DNA of 64,000 nucleotides, from NCBI GenBank assembly GCA_004431415.1, contig QPMI01000022.1, positions 62,001 through 126,000 on the forward strand, read 5' to 3'. The notes beneath the pieces are model-generated. The model saw only the letters and a list, made by a program, of their open reading frames with translations, searched no databases and was not told the DNA's origin. How positions within the stretch are numbered: the first letter of the stretch is position 1; each line of letters opens with the position of its first letter. The translations under genes were made by a program, and so were the position numbers. Shown here piece after piece: positions 33,801-46,841 of the stretch. This stretch comes from Cyanophora paradoxa CCMP329. Its lineage: Eukaryota > Plantae > Glaucophyta.

Positions 33801-36800
33801 TTAGTTAGAGATAGATAGATAGATGGAGAGTTAGTTAGTAGGGTAGTTGGACGGGCCTGCAGGCGAGCTTGGGGTGGCGGAGGAAGTTGCGGCCGTAGAG
33901 GGTGACCCGCGTGCCCCCGACGGCGGGGCCCCCCTCCACAGAGAGGCGGTCCACGGCCGGCGGCACTGGCGCGACGCAACGGAGTCAGAGAAAGGAAGCG
34001 GAGGAGGAGGAGGAGGCGGCGGCGGCGGAGATAGATAGGTAGATAGTAAGAAGAAGCGTCCTAGCTATCTAGGCCCATTTTTATCTATCTATATATCTCC
34101 TTGACGCTTCTTCCTCTAGTCCAAGTCCAAGTCCAAGAGAGGGGGCCCACCGACGGAGAGGACGAGGGAAGCGGTGAGGGAGGAGACGCCGTTCGAGGCG
34201 GTCGCGGTGACGACGTACGTGCCCTCCGCGCCGAAGGCGTGCGACACGACGCGCCCCGAGGAAGAAGGCGAAGAAGCGCCGTCCCCGAAGCGCCACTCGA
34301 CGCGGACGTCCGAGGCCTGCGAGGTAGGTGGTAGGTAGGTAGTTAGATTAGATTCGATAGATAGATAGGATAGATATATAGATATATTAGGGGCGGGGTG
34401 GGGCGGGGGAGGCGGGGGGCGGGGCGGGCCTCGCCGTAGGCGGCGGAGAGGACGAAGAAGATAGATAGATAGATGGATGGTAGATGGATAAATTGATAGA
34501 TAGATTCGATAGAGAGATAGATAGATAGATTGATAGCTTGATAGATAGATACGATAGAGAGACAGATTAGAAGCGGAGGAGTCTCGCCGCACCTCGCCGT
34601 AGGCGGCGGAGAGGACGAAGGGGGCCTCGACGGTCGCCTCCGTGCGGTCCGCCACGATGCGCAGGCTCTCCACCGCCACGTCTGGGGCGAAGATGTTAGA
34701 AGCAGAAGGCAATAATCAACAGGTTTACGGGGTAGATAGATAGATAGATAGCTAGGATGTCAGAAGTCGATAATAATCGACAGGTTTAGGAGGTGGATGG
34801 ATAACAGGGGCGCGCCGGTCTTCACGAGGAGGTCGTCGGGTGCGGTGCCCCAGCGGGCGCCGCCGTGCAGCGTGACGGCCCTCCGCGTGTCCACGAGGTC
34901 CGCGGCGGAGCCGGAGCCGGCGGAACCGCCGGCTCGGCCGGGGCCGCCGGCGGGGAAGCGCAGGTACGATGCCAGGCCCGCCTCGGCGCCCTGCGCACGT
35001 GGAGCTCAGACTCGATTGGATCTGATCTGATCTGATCTGACTAGGGGAGGAGGGGTGCAGCGGACCGTGAGGGCGCGTCTGAAGTCGCAGCGGATCTCCT
35101 CAGCTGAGCGGGCGCGGTCCCTGCGGGCGGGCGGCGCGCCTCAGAGGGGGGTCTCGACGCCGGAATCGTCGGTTGGACTTTTAATTTAGAAGGCTTAAAG
35201 TGAAGGCTTGGCGGACTCTTTCGATTGCAGTTCCTATCAATAATACGACAAGAACACGGAAGTTCAGTTAAGTATAGTGACTTAGTTAGTCAGTTAGTTA
35301 GTTAGCTAACTAGCTATGGAAGTTAGTTAGGTAGTTACCAGAGGCGGAACTCGGCGATGGAGGCGTCGATCCACCCGTTGCCCGTGCGTTGCGTCGACGC
35401 CCCGATGTACATCAGCCGCCGCGGCACGCCTGAGGGGAGAGAGGGTCAGGGCGGGCCGGCTCCGGCTCAGCCGGGGCGCGTCGGCTCGGCTCGCACGGGG
35501 CGGGAGGGCTATGCCCATCAAATTCCCGTTCGTCTCGACGAAGGGCGCGAGCTGGGTACGCGCGCGGCCTCAGAAGATGCGAACGAAGGGGGTGAGGGAG
35601 GGGGGTACGACCGACCTCGTGCACGAGGGTGCCGTCGACGTAGACGCGGATGAGCCCGTACTGCTGCCCCACCGGCGAGATCCCTGCGCGGCGGGCGGAG
35701 TGTTGGGGCGGGCGGCCCCGGGGACAAGGATGGGCGGGGGGTGGGGGTAGAAGCGCACGGTCCGTCGCCGCGATGCTCACGGCTGACGCGGCCGGCCGGT
35801 CAGTCTCTGTCCGAAGGGGCGGGGGGCGGGGCGGGGAGGGGGCCGGGCACCGATGTGGGTCCACGTGTTGAGCTGCGGCGCGGAGGAGCCCGTCAGACGC
35901 GCCGCGCGGCTCAGAACGGCTCCGCTGAGCCAAGCCAACAACGGCGCACCGGGAAGGCGAAGAGGCGCGAGTCGGTGTAGGACCCCGGGCGAACGATCAC
36001 CTGCCCGTAGGCGAGCCCCGGGATCAGCGGCGCCTCCGGCTGCGCGTTCCCGTCGTCCGTCCACTGCGCCGAAAGTGTAAGAGAGGTTGGGGGGGGGGGG
36101 GGGGGGGAGGAAGAAGCGGCAGGGGGTATCGCACGATCTTGAGCTGGAGCAGCTGGCCGGAGAGGGGGGCCCCCGGCCCGTTGCTGAAGTCCCATATGCG
36201 CCCGAACCGCAGGATGCTCCGCACGTTCACCCTGAAGAAAAAAGTGAGCCGGAGAAAAGGGGGGGAGAAGTGAGGGGGGGTACCATGTTTCGACGGTGAT
36301 GTTGCCGCCCGTGAGGAAAGGCTCGACCGACGCGTACGAGCGGTCGGCGGCGGAGGTTTCCAGCGTGCCGACGGCTGCCCCCGCGCGCCCTCAGCGGAGC
36401 GCCGGGGAGCGGCGGGCGGGCGGGCGGGCGGGCGGGCGGGCGGAGCGATGACGACGAACCCGTGCACTTCGAATCCGGGGCGGAGCAGTTCTTGCACTGC
36501 GGCTCGCGCGTGCCGCAGACGGCGGAGACCCAGCAGCCGCCCGCGGGGCCGGGGCACGCCGCTGCAAAGCGGCGCGGTCAGCAGCCAACGGTCCAGGAGG
36601 CGGGGAGGAAGGAAGGCACCGAGGAAGGCGGAGGGAGGCGGCTCGGGGACGACGGCTACGCCGCTGGAGACGAGGGGCGCGCCCGGCCCGTCGATCCTCA
36701 GCAGCGGCGCGGGCCGCGTGCCGTTTCCGCCTCCGCCGCCTCCGCCGTCGGTCGCGAAGCTGCACGCGATGGCATCCGCCGACAGCGCCGCCGGGTACAG

Positions 36801-37752
36801 CCGCACGGCCCGGAGCTGCCCCGAGAGCGGCGCGCCGAAGGCCCCGAGGCGGAGGCTGGCCGCCGGCAGGGGCGCCGCGGCCGTCGGGAGCGCGACGGGG
36901 CCCGAGCGGGTCACCGTCCCGTTGAGGGCGACGCTCGCGACGCCGGCGCCGGGGCCCGTCCGCCGCAGCGAGACCGCGAGGTGGCACCTGCGAGCGAGCG
37001 GGCGGCGCCCTAAGTCGCACGCTTCGCTTCGCCGAGCTAGGCTTAGGCGGCTTAGAAAGAGGGATACCAGGAATCTGAGCAGGCGGATAGCAGGCGGGCC
37101 GGCGAGTGGAAGGCGTCCAGCGTCGTCCCGTTCGAGGTCACGTTCAGCCAGACGCACGTGCCCTGCGCGGCGCGGCCGCGGCCTCCTCGTAAGGCGAGGC
37201 GCGCGGGCGCGTGCGGGGGCCGCGGGCGGCGGGCGGCGGACCGGCACGCCGATCTGGATGCTGCGGTACGTCGTGGGCATGTCTCCGAGGCCCACGCTCC
37301 AGCCGCGCAGCGGTCCGCCCGTCGCCGGGTCGCTCCCCGCCACCGCCTCGGCAAGGAGCATGCGCGACCCCGCCGGGCGCCCGCCCGGCACGCGGAACCT
37401 GCGTGCGGGGGTCGGTGGCAGACGGGGGGCGCGCGCGGGGCGCAGGGCGGGCGCACCAGAGCTCTAGAGTGAGCGCCTGGCTGCTGGGGGCGGACAAGAC
37501 GCCGGCGGCCTCGCCCCCGGGGATGGCGGCCTCGGCTCTCGAGGCGGCCCCGTTGAAGCCGAGCGCCGCGCACGCCGGCCGGAGAGCGGCCAGCAGCAGC
37601 ACGAGCGCCGCGAGGGCCGCCAGCGCGCCTGCTGCGATTGCTCCCCGCGCTCTCTGCGGCGGAGTCGCCCAGCGCCGCGGGCCCCAACCTCCGCGCCCGG
37701 AGGCAGCTGCGGCCGGTGGCATCCGAGCCGCAGCTGATGCCCCGCTGCTCAT
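27847..37752 (-). CDS. Large multi-pass membrane receptor-like protein: signal anchor, LamG/concanavalin-like domains, PKD domain, Cys-rich repeats, C-terminal TM helices
   Basis: Signal anchor ALAALAALVLLLAAL; LamG-like LTLELW, GQLRAVRLYPAALS and IRVYVDG; PKD-like WRFGDG...SHAFGAEGTYVVTATASNGVS; Cys-rich CPPGY..CSPCPRG and CSPCGPGTLC..PGYW..CSPPEACPGG..CAEGY; TM region WWFLVVLARRVAVVIV and VWFRPY. Confidence 0.75.
33574..33669. repeat. Intronic 30-bp tandem repeat x3 (gaagttagttagttagagagtcgctatctt)
   Basis: Three consecutive near-identical units with no spacers. Confidence 0.9.
34030..34800. repeat. Degenerate (GATA/TAGA)n microsatellite tracts filling introns
   Basis: Repeated gatagatagata runs at 34030-34095, 34345-34390, 34460-34565 and 34733-34752. 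Confidence 0.85.
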
Positions 37753-38468
37753 TCTCTTCTCCGGCGCATCATGTCTCTTTCCAGCGCCGGAAGCACACGC
37801 CAAACAGTGCCGCAGGGGTCCAGGGGAGCGCCGAGTCGCCGGAAAGTTCAGGCGATAGGGTTGCTTTTCGCCAATCGTCGAGTGCTGGAGAGTGCTGGTC
37901 GGCTCGGCTAAAGCACAGCGTGCAGCGGGCGAATGTATCGATGCCACAGCTGATCGTCGCGTGCTGAACCTACTCAATGTGATTACCTCTAACTAGTAGT
38001 GCGAAGTTGGGCGAGGCCTAGGTGCATGTCACTGGGCTGGAATGCGACATGACCGACAAGAACAGTTATGCGTGCTCATGCAGATCACAGCTGCATGCGC
38101 CAAGCCGAGCTGCTTGGCGTTGGATCTGGATAGGGTCGCCAACGCTGATCCTGGACCGGAACGGGGCCCTAACCCTGGCTCAAGCGAGGTGACGATATCG
38201 ATCCGCCGGGTGATCGATTACCGGACGATTGCCTCTGGTGCCTGACTCGCGCGCCGGGATCCGCTGGCAGAGCGGCGCCGCAGGGTCAGCTCCGGGGTAG
38301 GCGCGCTGCCTGCAGGCTGCAGCTGGAAGAAAATAATGACATCACCTTTAATTTGACCCCTCTGTAGTGATCTGTACCCCCTCTTGAGCAACCACCGCAA
38401 CAGCGGAAGCGGCCAGAGCCCCCCGATCGATCATTTCGCGCTCTTCAAGGCCGATCCCACCGCCCTGC

Positions 38469-39475
38469 ATGGCCGTTAGCATCACGCCCGATGGTGGCAT
38501 TACAAAGAAGATCCTAAAAGACGGCACTGGCCCCAGCCCTGTCTCCGGCAACGTCTGCGAAGTGCATTATACGGGCTACCTTCCAAGCGGGGATCAGGTT
38601 TGCCCTCATTTCGAGGCGTACGCGTCCGATCCGTATGCTGACGCTTGCGGCACGCTCACGATCAGTTCGACTCCTCCGAAGCGACCGGTTCGCTGGCCTG
38701 GGGACGTCCCGCCCGCCCCCTCCCTCCTGACGCGTGCTCCCGCCCCGCCCCGCCCCTGCAGGCTATCCGTTCCAGTTCGACCTTGGCAAGGGGAAGGTCA
38801 TTCAGGCATGGGACCTCGTCGTGCCTACAATGAAGAAGGGCGAGCGATGCGAGTTGATCGCCGCGCCCCAGTACGGTTCGTCCGCGCACATTGGGCCGCC
38901 CCACCCGCCGGCGCTGCACCTGACGTCCGCGTCCCTCAGCGTACGGCGAAGAGGGCTGTGAAGGTCCGATCAGCCACCGGCCCTGAACGAATCTAGCGAA
39001 TCGCTGACGTCGGCTCGCGCGCGCGACGGACAGGCGACCCCCCGATCCCGCCGAACACGCAGCTCCGCTTCGTCATGGAGCTCCTCGACTTCAAGTCGAC
39101 CGCGGGCCGGTGCGCGCGCGTAGCGGGCGGGCTTCGAACGCGCCCGCGGCCTGCGACGCTGACCCCGCGCGCGCTCGATCGCGCTCGGGGCGGCAGTACG
39201 GCGAAGACGATGAGCGACGACAGGGAGCGTCTGGCGCAGGTCCGTCCGATTCCGCTCTGCCGCAGCTCGAGCTTCGCCGGCTGCGTGCCGCTCAATCCGC
39301 TCAGATCCGACGGGAGCGGGAGGAGGCGCTGAAGAAGCGGGAGCAGGACAAGATCGACGCGGCCGCCAAGAAGGCGGCGGCGGCGCCCGAGCCCGCCGGT
39401 GCCGCGGCCGGCGCCAAAGGACCCGTTTACGCCGGGCACTCCAAGCCGGGCCACGGCGGCCACAAGAAGCACTAG
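38469..39475 (+). CDS. FKBP-type peptidyl-prolyl isomerase with a charged C-terminal tail; includes 22- and 24-nt micro-exons
   Basis: DGGITKKILKDGTG...VHYTGYL..G.Q/FDSS/YPFQFDLGKGKVIQAWDLVVPTMKKGERCELIAAPQY/AYG.../PIPPNTQLRFVMELLDF. All introns are GT-AG and phase-consistent. Confidence 0.93.
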
Positions 39476-39627
39476 CCGGCTCCGTTCGCCCGCGAGGCCC
39501 TAGCTCGAATCTTGTTCTTTTAATCCAGCGATAGATATCAACCAAACGAGGCTCTGTCTGTCTGTCTACGTCCAAAATTGAAGCGTACAACCTTGCGGGC
39601 GCGGCTTGCACAAGCGGGCTCTTGAGC

Positions 39628-42352
39628 TCAGATCCGGCCGCGAGTCTGGCCGGCGGGGCGGGGCGAGCCGTAGGGGGGAGAGCCCGGGGTCGCGGGCCCG
39701 GCCCCGCGCCCCCACTCCTCCTCTTCCTCCTCGTCAAAGTGGAACCCGATGGATCGGGACGGGCTCCTCGCGGCGCCGGCCCCCGCGCCCTCCTTCGCGC
39801 GGGTCTCCTCCAGCGCCCACTGGTACAGCACCGCGGAGGGGAGGGGCATCCCCGCCGGGCTCCGCACGCACAGGCGCGCGCCTTCCCCCTCCAGACTCCC
39901 CCGCGCCAGCTCGTACACAAGCCTAAACCCCCGAAAGGTAAGGAAGGAATGGGAGCAGGAGAGGAAGAGCCGAGGCTCAAGAGCGGAAGAGCGGACCGGC
40001 GCTCGGCGCGGACGGCGGCGTCGCGTATGTTGCGGGCGGAGAGGCCCTCCGAGGCGCGGGCGAGCCGCGCCAGGTCGGCTGGCGGCAGGTGCCGCGCGTA
40101 CTCCTGGGCGATCGCCGCCCGGTCCGCCTCGTTCGGCAGTCCGAACTGCGGGGGGGTACAGCGCCTCAGAGAGAGTCGGGGGGAGAAGAAGAGGGAGGGG
40201 CAATCGCGGGGTACCTCGACGAGGACCTCGAAGCGGGACGTGAGGGCCTGCGGGGGGGGTAGGGGGTGAGGCGGAGGCGAAGGGGGGTACGGCGTTTCGG
40301 CCCGGAGGGAGGGGGGGGGGGTTACGGCGCGCCTCGTCGAGGTCCTGGGGCCGGTTCGTCGCGCCGATGAGGGTAAGCACGCAGGGCGACTCCGCGCTAG
40401 GAAGAGAGAAACGCGTCAGGAACAAGGGCAAAGGCCTGGCCTGGGGGGGGTACGCCGTTGGAGCTTCGTTCGCACCTGTCGAAGCCGTCGAGCTGGCGCA
40501 GGATGATGGACAGGAGGCGGCCCTCCGTCCTGCGGGTTTACCGGGCCCGCTCAGCTGACTTTTCCAAGCTTTTAGAAGCTAAGTGAGGCGGGGGCCGGGC
40601 CGGGCACGCACCCGTGGGACTCGTGAGAGCCGCTCTCGCGCCGCACGACCTGCGGGGCGGGGCGGGGGCAATCGGTGTGGGGCAGGGGTCAAGAAGATGC
40701 TGGCGGGTGCGCACCAACGAGTCGATCTCGTCGACGAAGACGAAGACCTTGTCGCCGAGGGAGCGGGCGAGCTTGAAGAGGCGCGCCAGTCGCGTCTCGG
40801 ACTCTGTTCGAGGGGCGAAATCAGTATCCCCCAGTTTCGCCTCGGCGCGGCGAGGTCGTACCCCCGTGCCACTTGGAGAGGGCGCACTCCGCTGCGACGA
40901 AACAGAATGAGGGGTGAAGAAAGGGGTGCGGGGGGAAACGAGGGGGAGTACCGGATATGTAGACCATGTGGGCGGCGCAGCGGCGGGCGAGGATGCGGGC
41001 GCAGAGGGTCTTGCCCACGCCGGGCTGAGGTCAACGAGGGGTAGGTCAATGTCAGAGCGGGGGGGAGAGCAGTGGCCCGGTGAAGGGTCCTCTTCTACAT
41101 CTTCTTCTACCCCTCTACCCCCCCACTGACCTTTCCCGAGAAGAGGACGGCGCGGGGCACGGCGGGGCCCCCCACCGCCCCGCGCGTGCTCTCCGCGATG
41201 TGCCGCACGACGGCCGCGTGCTGGAAGACCGAGACAAGGGACTCCTCGACCTGGCGAAGCAGAGCAGAGCAGAGCTTAGGAAGGCTTCATTCAGATCCAT
41301 CCCCCCCCCCTTCGTTCGCCCACCTGGGCCTTGACCTCGTCGTACCCCACCCACTCGCCCCACGTGTCCTCCCCGGCGGCCGTCGGGTGCGGCTCGTATA
41401 CGATCGCGCCGGCCGCCTCCAGCTCCCGCACCGCCTCCGCCACGCCGGCCGTCACGGGGCCCCGCTGGTCCGCCCCCGCGCCCCGCGCCCCGCCCGCCGG
41501 CACCCACTCGCCCTCGTCCTCAGATGAGACCGAGCCGCGCGCGCCTGCGTAACCGGCTCCTCAAGAAGGGGGGAAGAAGCGCGGGGGGTGCACGTGTTCG
41601 GGCGCACCGCGGCCGTCGAGGATGAGCCAGGCGACGCGGGGGAGGGCAGACCGCAGGGCGGGTACGAGGTGCTGGAAGAGCAGCGCGGGGCCGGCGACGC
41701 CCAGAAGGGGGTAAAGGATCCAGGAGAGGAAGCCGGTGAGCGGGGCGGAGGAGGCGCGGAGGGCGAGGTGGAGGAGGAGGCCCGGGAGGGCAAGTCGGGA
41801 GAGGGACTGGGCGAGGGCCGCGCCCCGGGGTACGCCGGCGAGGTGGAGCCCGAGGCTGGCCGCAAGCAGGGCCGCCCAGGCGGCGAAGCGGGCCAGGGGG
41901 GGTACCGCGGCGCCCAGGGCGGAGTAGGGCAGCTCGGTCGCGCAGATGGCGACGGCGAGGGCGAGGAGGGCGGCCCGTGCGGGGAGGCGTCCCGCGCGCT
42001 CCTGCACGCGCGAGCGCGCGATGGTCTCGAGCGCGACGCCCACGCCGGCCGCCGCCCAGCCGCGCGCGAAGGGCAGCGTGAGCGTGAATCCGCACGTCGT
42101 CTCCGCTGGCCTGCCGCTGGGGCTGGAGGTCCCTACGGGTCTTCGCGCCGCCGTCGTCGAGGGAACGCAGCTGCCGGTGAAGAATGGGCGGCTGGCGAGT
42201 GCGAGGCGGGGGGCGGGCGCCCGCAGCCGGTCCGCTGCCGGTCCGTGCAGGCTGCAGCTGGGGGCGACCCGTCCCCTCTCCGCTGCCGGCCGAAGACGCC
42301 CCTCACTCGTATGTGTTTGTACGCTGGAAAGCGACTGAACGCCGCGTCCCAT
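39628..42352 (-). CDS. AAA+ ATPase (single CDC48-like AAA domain) with a hydrophobic multi-TM N-terminus
   Basis: Walker A PGVGKT, Walker B VFVFVDEID, LSKWHG.SE, LRQLDGF, IGATNRPQDLDEA..SRF and GLSARNIRD. Hydrophobic exon at 41600-42100. Confidence 0.85.
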
Positions 42353-42503
42353 GGACGCCGGTAGAGATGGGGGAAGGGCGGCGAACGCGCCCAGCGCGTG
42401 CGCTCTGGGGGGCCTTGCGGCTCCCTGTCTTGAGCTCTCTGATGCGTCAAAGAAAGCTTAAATGCGCCGAACGCGAGCGGCAAGCCAAGCGCTCGCACCC
42501 GCC

Positions 42504-44607
42504 ATGTCGTCTTCCGGTGTCGCGTACACGCCGGGCTTGATCGGCTCTGGGAGGGCTCGAGGGATGGGCTTGAGTCGACTGCGTGCGAGCGTCCGGTTCT
42601 TGTCTCCTTGGTTTGGTTATTCGCTGAGTTGGTAAGTGCGATCGTGCAAGTGCGGTTGCATCCGTCAACCTTCGAGCACGTGTACCCCTCCATCGTCGGC
42701 CGTTGCGAACCTGCAAGCCCCAGCCTCCGGCATAGCTCACGATTGTTGCTGCTAGCTAAAGGCTGCCAAACCACCAAGAGCCGAGCGCCCCCTCCCCCGC
42801 CGTGAGCACGTCGAGGTCGGCATCAACGCCGTCCGAGGCTTGCCGGCCCATAAGGAATGCTGTCGGCGTCGGAGCGTTTCCACAGACAGCAGGAGAACAA
42901 GATCCTTTACATACCGGGCCTTCCGCTGCGCCACGAGCGGCCGCTGCGCGCCGCCTGGAAGCCCAGCGGGTGGCTGTTCTCCGCCGAGGACTTCTGCCAG
43001 ATCGTCACCGGCTCCAGCTCGGCGCGAGACGTCGAGGCCTTCTGCGCACGATGCGGGACCGCCCCGTCTAGAGGTCCGATCCGATCCGGCCCCGGCCGCG
43101 TCTAGCGGTCCTCGGTCTCATGCCGCTGAGAGCGCGCGCGCGCGCGCAGAGAACATTGGCGGGCGGCACATACAGGTCCTGACGGGGCAGGAGCTCATGG
43201 TCCTCGCCGCTAAGGCGCGTCGGGCCGGGGCGGCTCTGCCTGGGTTTAGCTAACGGCGGGGGCCGGGCGCGCAGGAGGGCCACGACTCGGCCGTCGGCCG
43301 GAGCCTCCAGGAGCAGCTGTACAGCCCCGAGTTCATGGCCTTCATCATAGGGCGCGGCGAGCTGCCGGCCGACTGGCTCGACCCCCTCCCCCCGTCCTCC
43401 TCCGTCGCCGGTGCGAGAAGAGGGGGGGGGGGGGGGACCCGTGTCCGGCCGCGCCCGGGGCCGACTTTGCGTTCGCAGACCGCTCCGTGCGCCTCTTCGA
43501 GCTCTTCTCGTCCTTCGCCTCCTTCGGCAAGGGCAAGGTGGCGCACCCCGGCCTCCCTCCCTCCCCCCCCTCCTCCCCCCCCCCCCACCGACCGGGGTAC
43601 TGCAGGAGGGTTCCGAGTTCCTGGACTCCTCCCAGTTCGCCAAGCTCTGCAAGGCTCGTCCCCCCCCCCCCCCCCCCCCCCCCCCCTCTCCCTCTCCTTG
43701 GATTCAAACCCGTACCCCCCTTCCGGCCCCGCAGGACGCGGGCCTCGTGGACGAGAACTTTCCCATGTCCTCCGTCGACATGATCTTCACCAAAGTCAAG
43801 GCGCGCTTCGAATCGACGTACCCCCTCGGCTCACGTACCCCTGACGATCCATACCCCCCCCCAACACCGCAGAAGAAGCACGAGCGGAAGATCGACTACG
43901 GGCAGTTCGTCGCTTCCCTGCGACTCATCGCCGAGGCGAGCGCACGCCCTATAGCTAGGCCCCGCAGCTGCAGCTCCGTTCCTTCCCTCCCGGAGCTAAA
44001 GCGGGCGGCTGGGCCCCCTGGGGCGGGCGCAGGAGAAGTACTTCGGGGACCCGACGGGCCTCCAGCGCCTCTTCGACGCCCTCGGGGCCCTCCCCGGCCC
44101 CGCCAAGCACTCCACCGTGCCCCGCCCCTGCCTCTAAGAAAACCTCGAGCCTGACTCCTCCGAGCCCGGCAGCGGGTGGCGGCGAAGGGCGTCTTCGCGT
44201 GGCTCACCGACGTCCGGTGCCCCTCCTAAGCTTCCCTTTCGAAAGAGCCGAGCGACTGAGCGACTGACTCGCGATGTGCGGGCGGCGCGGCGCAGGACCT
44301 ACACGGCCCGCCCCCTCCCCTCCCCTCCCCCTGTTCTAGACCTGGCCGGCCCCACTCCTCCGCCCCTGACGCCGGGCGCCGACCGCGCCACAACCGGCAG
44401 GGCGTCTACAAGGAGCGCTTTAACGAGGACGGCACGGGCAAGGGAGGTCCGCCCGCCCCCCTCCCCCCTCGAGCTCGAGCTCGGCGAGCTCATGATCGTG
44501 TCCCAGTGCCGATCAACGGGGATTGCGGCCCCGGGAACGTGAAGACGTACCGGGGCGGCGTCGTGCGGGACCTCTCCCAGATCGTCCGCCCCGACCTCCG
44601 CCACTAG
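42504..44607 (+). CDS. p25-alpha/TPPP tubulin-polymerisation-promoting domain protein with an unrecognised N-terminal extension
   Basis: FSSFASFG, LDSSQFAKLCK-DAGLVD...SVDMIFTKVK, RKIDYGQF...LIAE, WLTD, YKERFNEDGTGKG and DLSQIVRPDLRH*. The start codon is uncertain. Confidence 0.85.
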
Positions 44608-45231
44608 GGCCGGCTCGGCGGCCCGGCCCAGCGGCGCATATGCAGGCCCAGGCCCGCGTGAAGGCCCCGCTAGGCCCCGGGCCAGCCCATGGCCCAGCTA
44701 GCTAGCTAGCCTAAGATCCGGACATATGCCATCGCTGAGCAATGGATATCGATATTGATTATTTAGTAGGTTTTTAGCTTGAACAGCACGATGCTAGCGC
44801 TTCTAGTTCTGAAGACAAAATCACGACCGACGGCATCCAAACCACAGCCACAAGAAGCTAAGCACACAACGTGCAGGACTGCCAACTAGTACTGCAAAGA
44901 AGAATAAACTGAGCGCACGCCGCCCAAGGCATCTAACAGAGAAGAAAATTTGGATACAAGATAGCCGCTGCTAAAGCGATTCGGGAGCTGTGAAGCTCTA
45001 CGAAGCCGAAAGCGGCGGCTATGTGATTCTCTGCCAGACGAAGGAAGGCCACTCCTGTTCAACCTAGAACTGAAACAGTGCACTGACTGTACATCGGTAA
45101 AGAGGCGAAGAGGAACCCATTTACAGCGGTTGTCCGCGGAAGAAGAACTGAAAAACGGCACACCACCGGTGCCCAGAAGAAGGAACTCCCAAACACGCTG
45201 ACTACACGCCCCCCGTACGAAGCTGGGCCTC

Positions 45232-46841
45232 TCAGTTGTCGCTGAAGCGCGGCGCCGGAATCGCAACGGGCGCCGAGGTGGCGCGCAGCGAGCCCTTTGC
45301 GCAAGCCTGTGAGAACACTGCATCTGCAAGCGCTGCGAGCGGCATCAGGGACTCGGATCCATGGGCGCAGAAGAGAGAGGCGACACGCACTTGGTGCTTC
45401 CTCCGCCTCTTCTTCTTCCTCCAGCGAGCTAATGTCGCGCAACGACGTCGACGTCCCCTCCTCGTCTAGCCTGAAAAGATCTGGAGCGCACGCAATCGTT
45501 CGTAAGTGAGGGCGGCGGAGACGCGCAGACGCAGAGCGCAAACCGGTGCGAAGGTTCTCGTTCTTCCCGTGCTTCGTCTCGATGTAGCGTTTGTACAGAG
45601 CCAAGATGCTGTCCAGCGGCGCGGACGATCCCAGCAGCGCGAAGGACGGCCGCTTCACGAACTCGTCCTTCAGCTTCCGCGCTGGTCGCTGCACGGGCGG
45701 CGAGCTAGGCTCTATGCCGCGCTCCGTCCCAAGATCGATCGAATACATGCGTGGCCTGTGCGGTAGCGCCGTGACGTCGTCCCGCTCTTCATGCGAATCC
45801 CCGACCGCAAGAAGAAGATCCTTTTCCAGGAAGGCATCTGCGGCGCCGAAGCCTTGCTCGTACTGCGGGCGGCGGCGAATCCATCAACAAAACGAGACAA
45901 CGACAGCTAAGGCGGGTGCCCCACCTCCGCGTTCTTCGGGACGGACGAAGCGTGCCTCTTCTCTTTGGCGCCCTCTCGCAGGTTCATCGCCTCCAGCACG
46001 TCTCCGTGAAGTCCTGATGCAGGCGACCTCGACCACATTGCCAGTCGGACGAATGCTGCGGCGTGCGAGGCGAGCGTTGTGCCGTTCTTTCCCTCGCCGC
46101 TGGATCCCGACGGTGTGCTGTTAGGGCTTATCTGAGCCCTAGAACCGAGCATTAGTTACGTGCACCGCACAGAATGCGACAGGACGCCGGCGGGCGGCAG
46201 CGTGCAGCGAACGAACCGGTGCAGGTCTTCAGGGGCATCATGGCCGCGGCCGCGCTGCTTCCGCTGGCCGTGCCGCTGAAATCTAGACAACGGGAGCATC
46301 TCTGTGTGAAGCTCCCTGAGCCGCCGCCGAGCCGATAATGGACGGCCGGGCGCCGCCTGTTGAGAAAGGCGGCTCACTCGGCCGCGAACGAAGTGACGAG
46401 GGTATCCGGTTGCCCCCGTACCCCGAGCAGCGGCAACTCCCATACCCCCCGAAACCCCCGCCGGGCCCGCCCGTATCGAAGATCATCGAACGCAGTCCGC
46501 GCACTCGCCAGGCGGATCCCGGATCGTCGGAGGTGCAGTCGGATCGGCCCGCATTCGTTTCTCGCTCTAGTCCGGCCCGAGCGAACGTGGAGAGCATCTG
46601 ACCGCAGCGAAGCTGCCAGGCTGGCAGCCCGCGCTCCCGGCAGGCAGCCCCCGGATCGTATCACGCGCTCGTTTCCCGCCCCGGCCCGGCTAAGCTCAAG
46701 GCGAACGCGGCGATCCATCAGCGCAGGCAGCTCCTGCGCTCGCCATGTCACCCTCGGATCGTTGAGGTGATGCAATAGCGTTGGAGCCAGCTCGTTTCCC
46801 GCCCCAGTCTGGCCCAGGCGAACGCGACGCCGGCGAGCCAT
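45232..46841 (-). CDS. Orphan multi-exon hypothetical protein
   Basis: Coding-like exons with CAG acceptors, e.g. YEQGFGAADAFLEKDLLLAVGDSHEE...LDSILALYKRYIETKHG and DLFRLDEEGTSTSLRDISSLEEEEEAEE. No recognisable domain; the exon chain is tentative. Confidence 0.4.
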
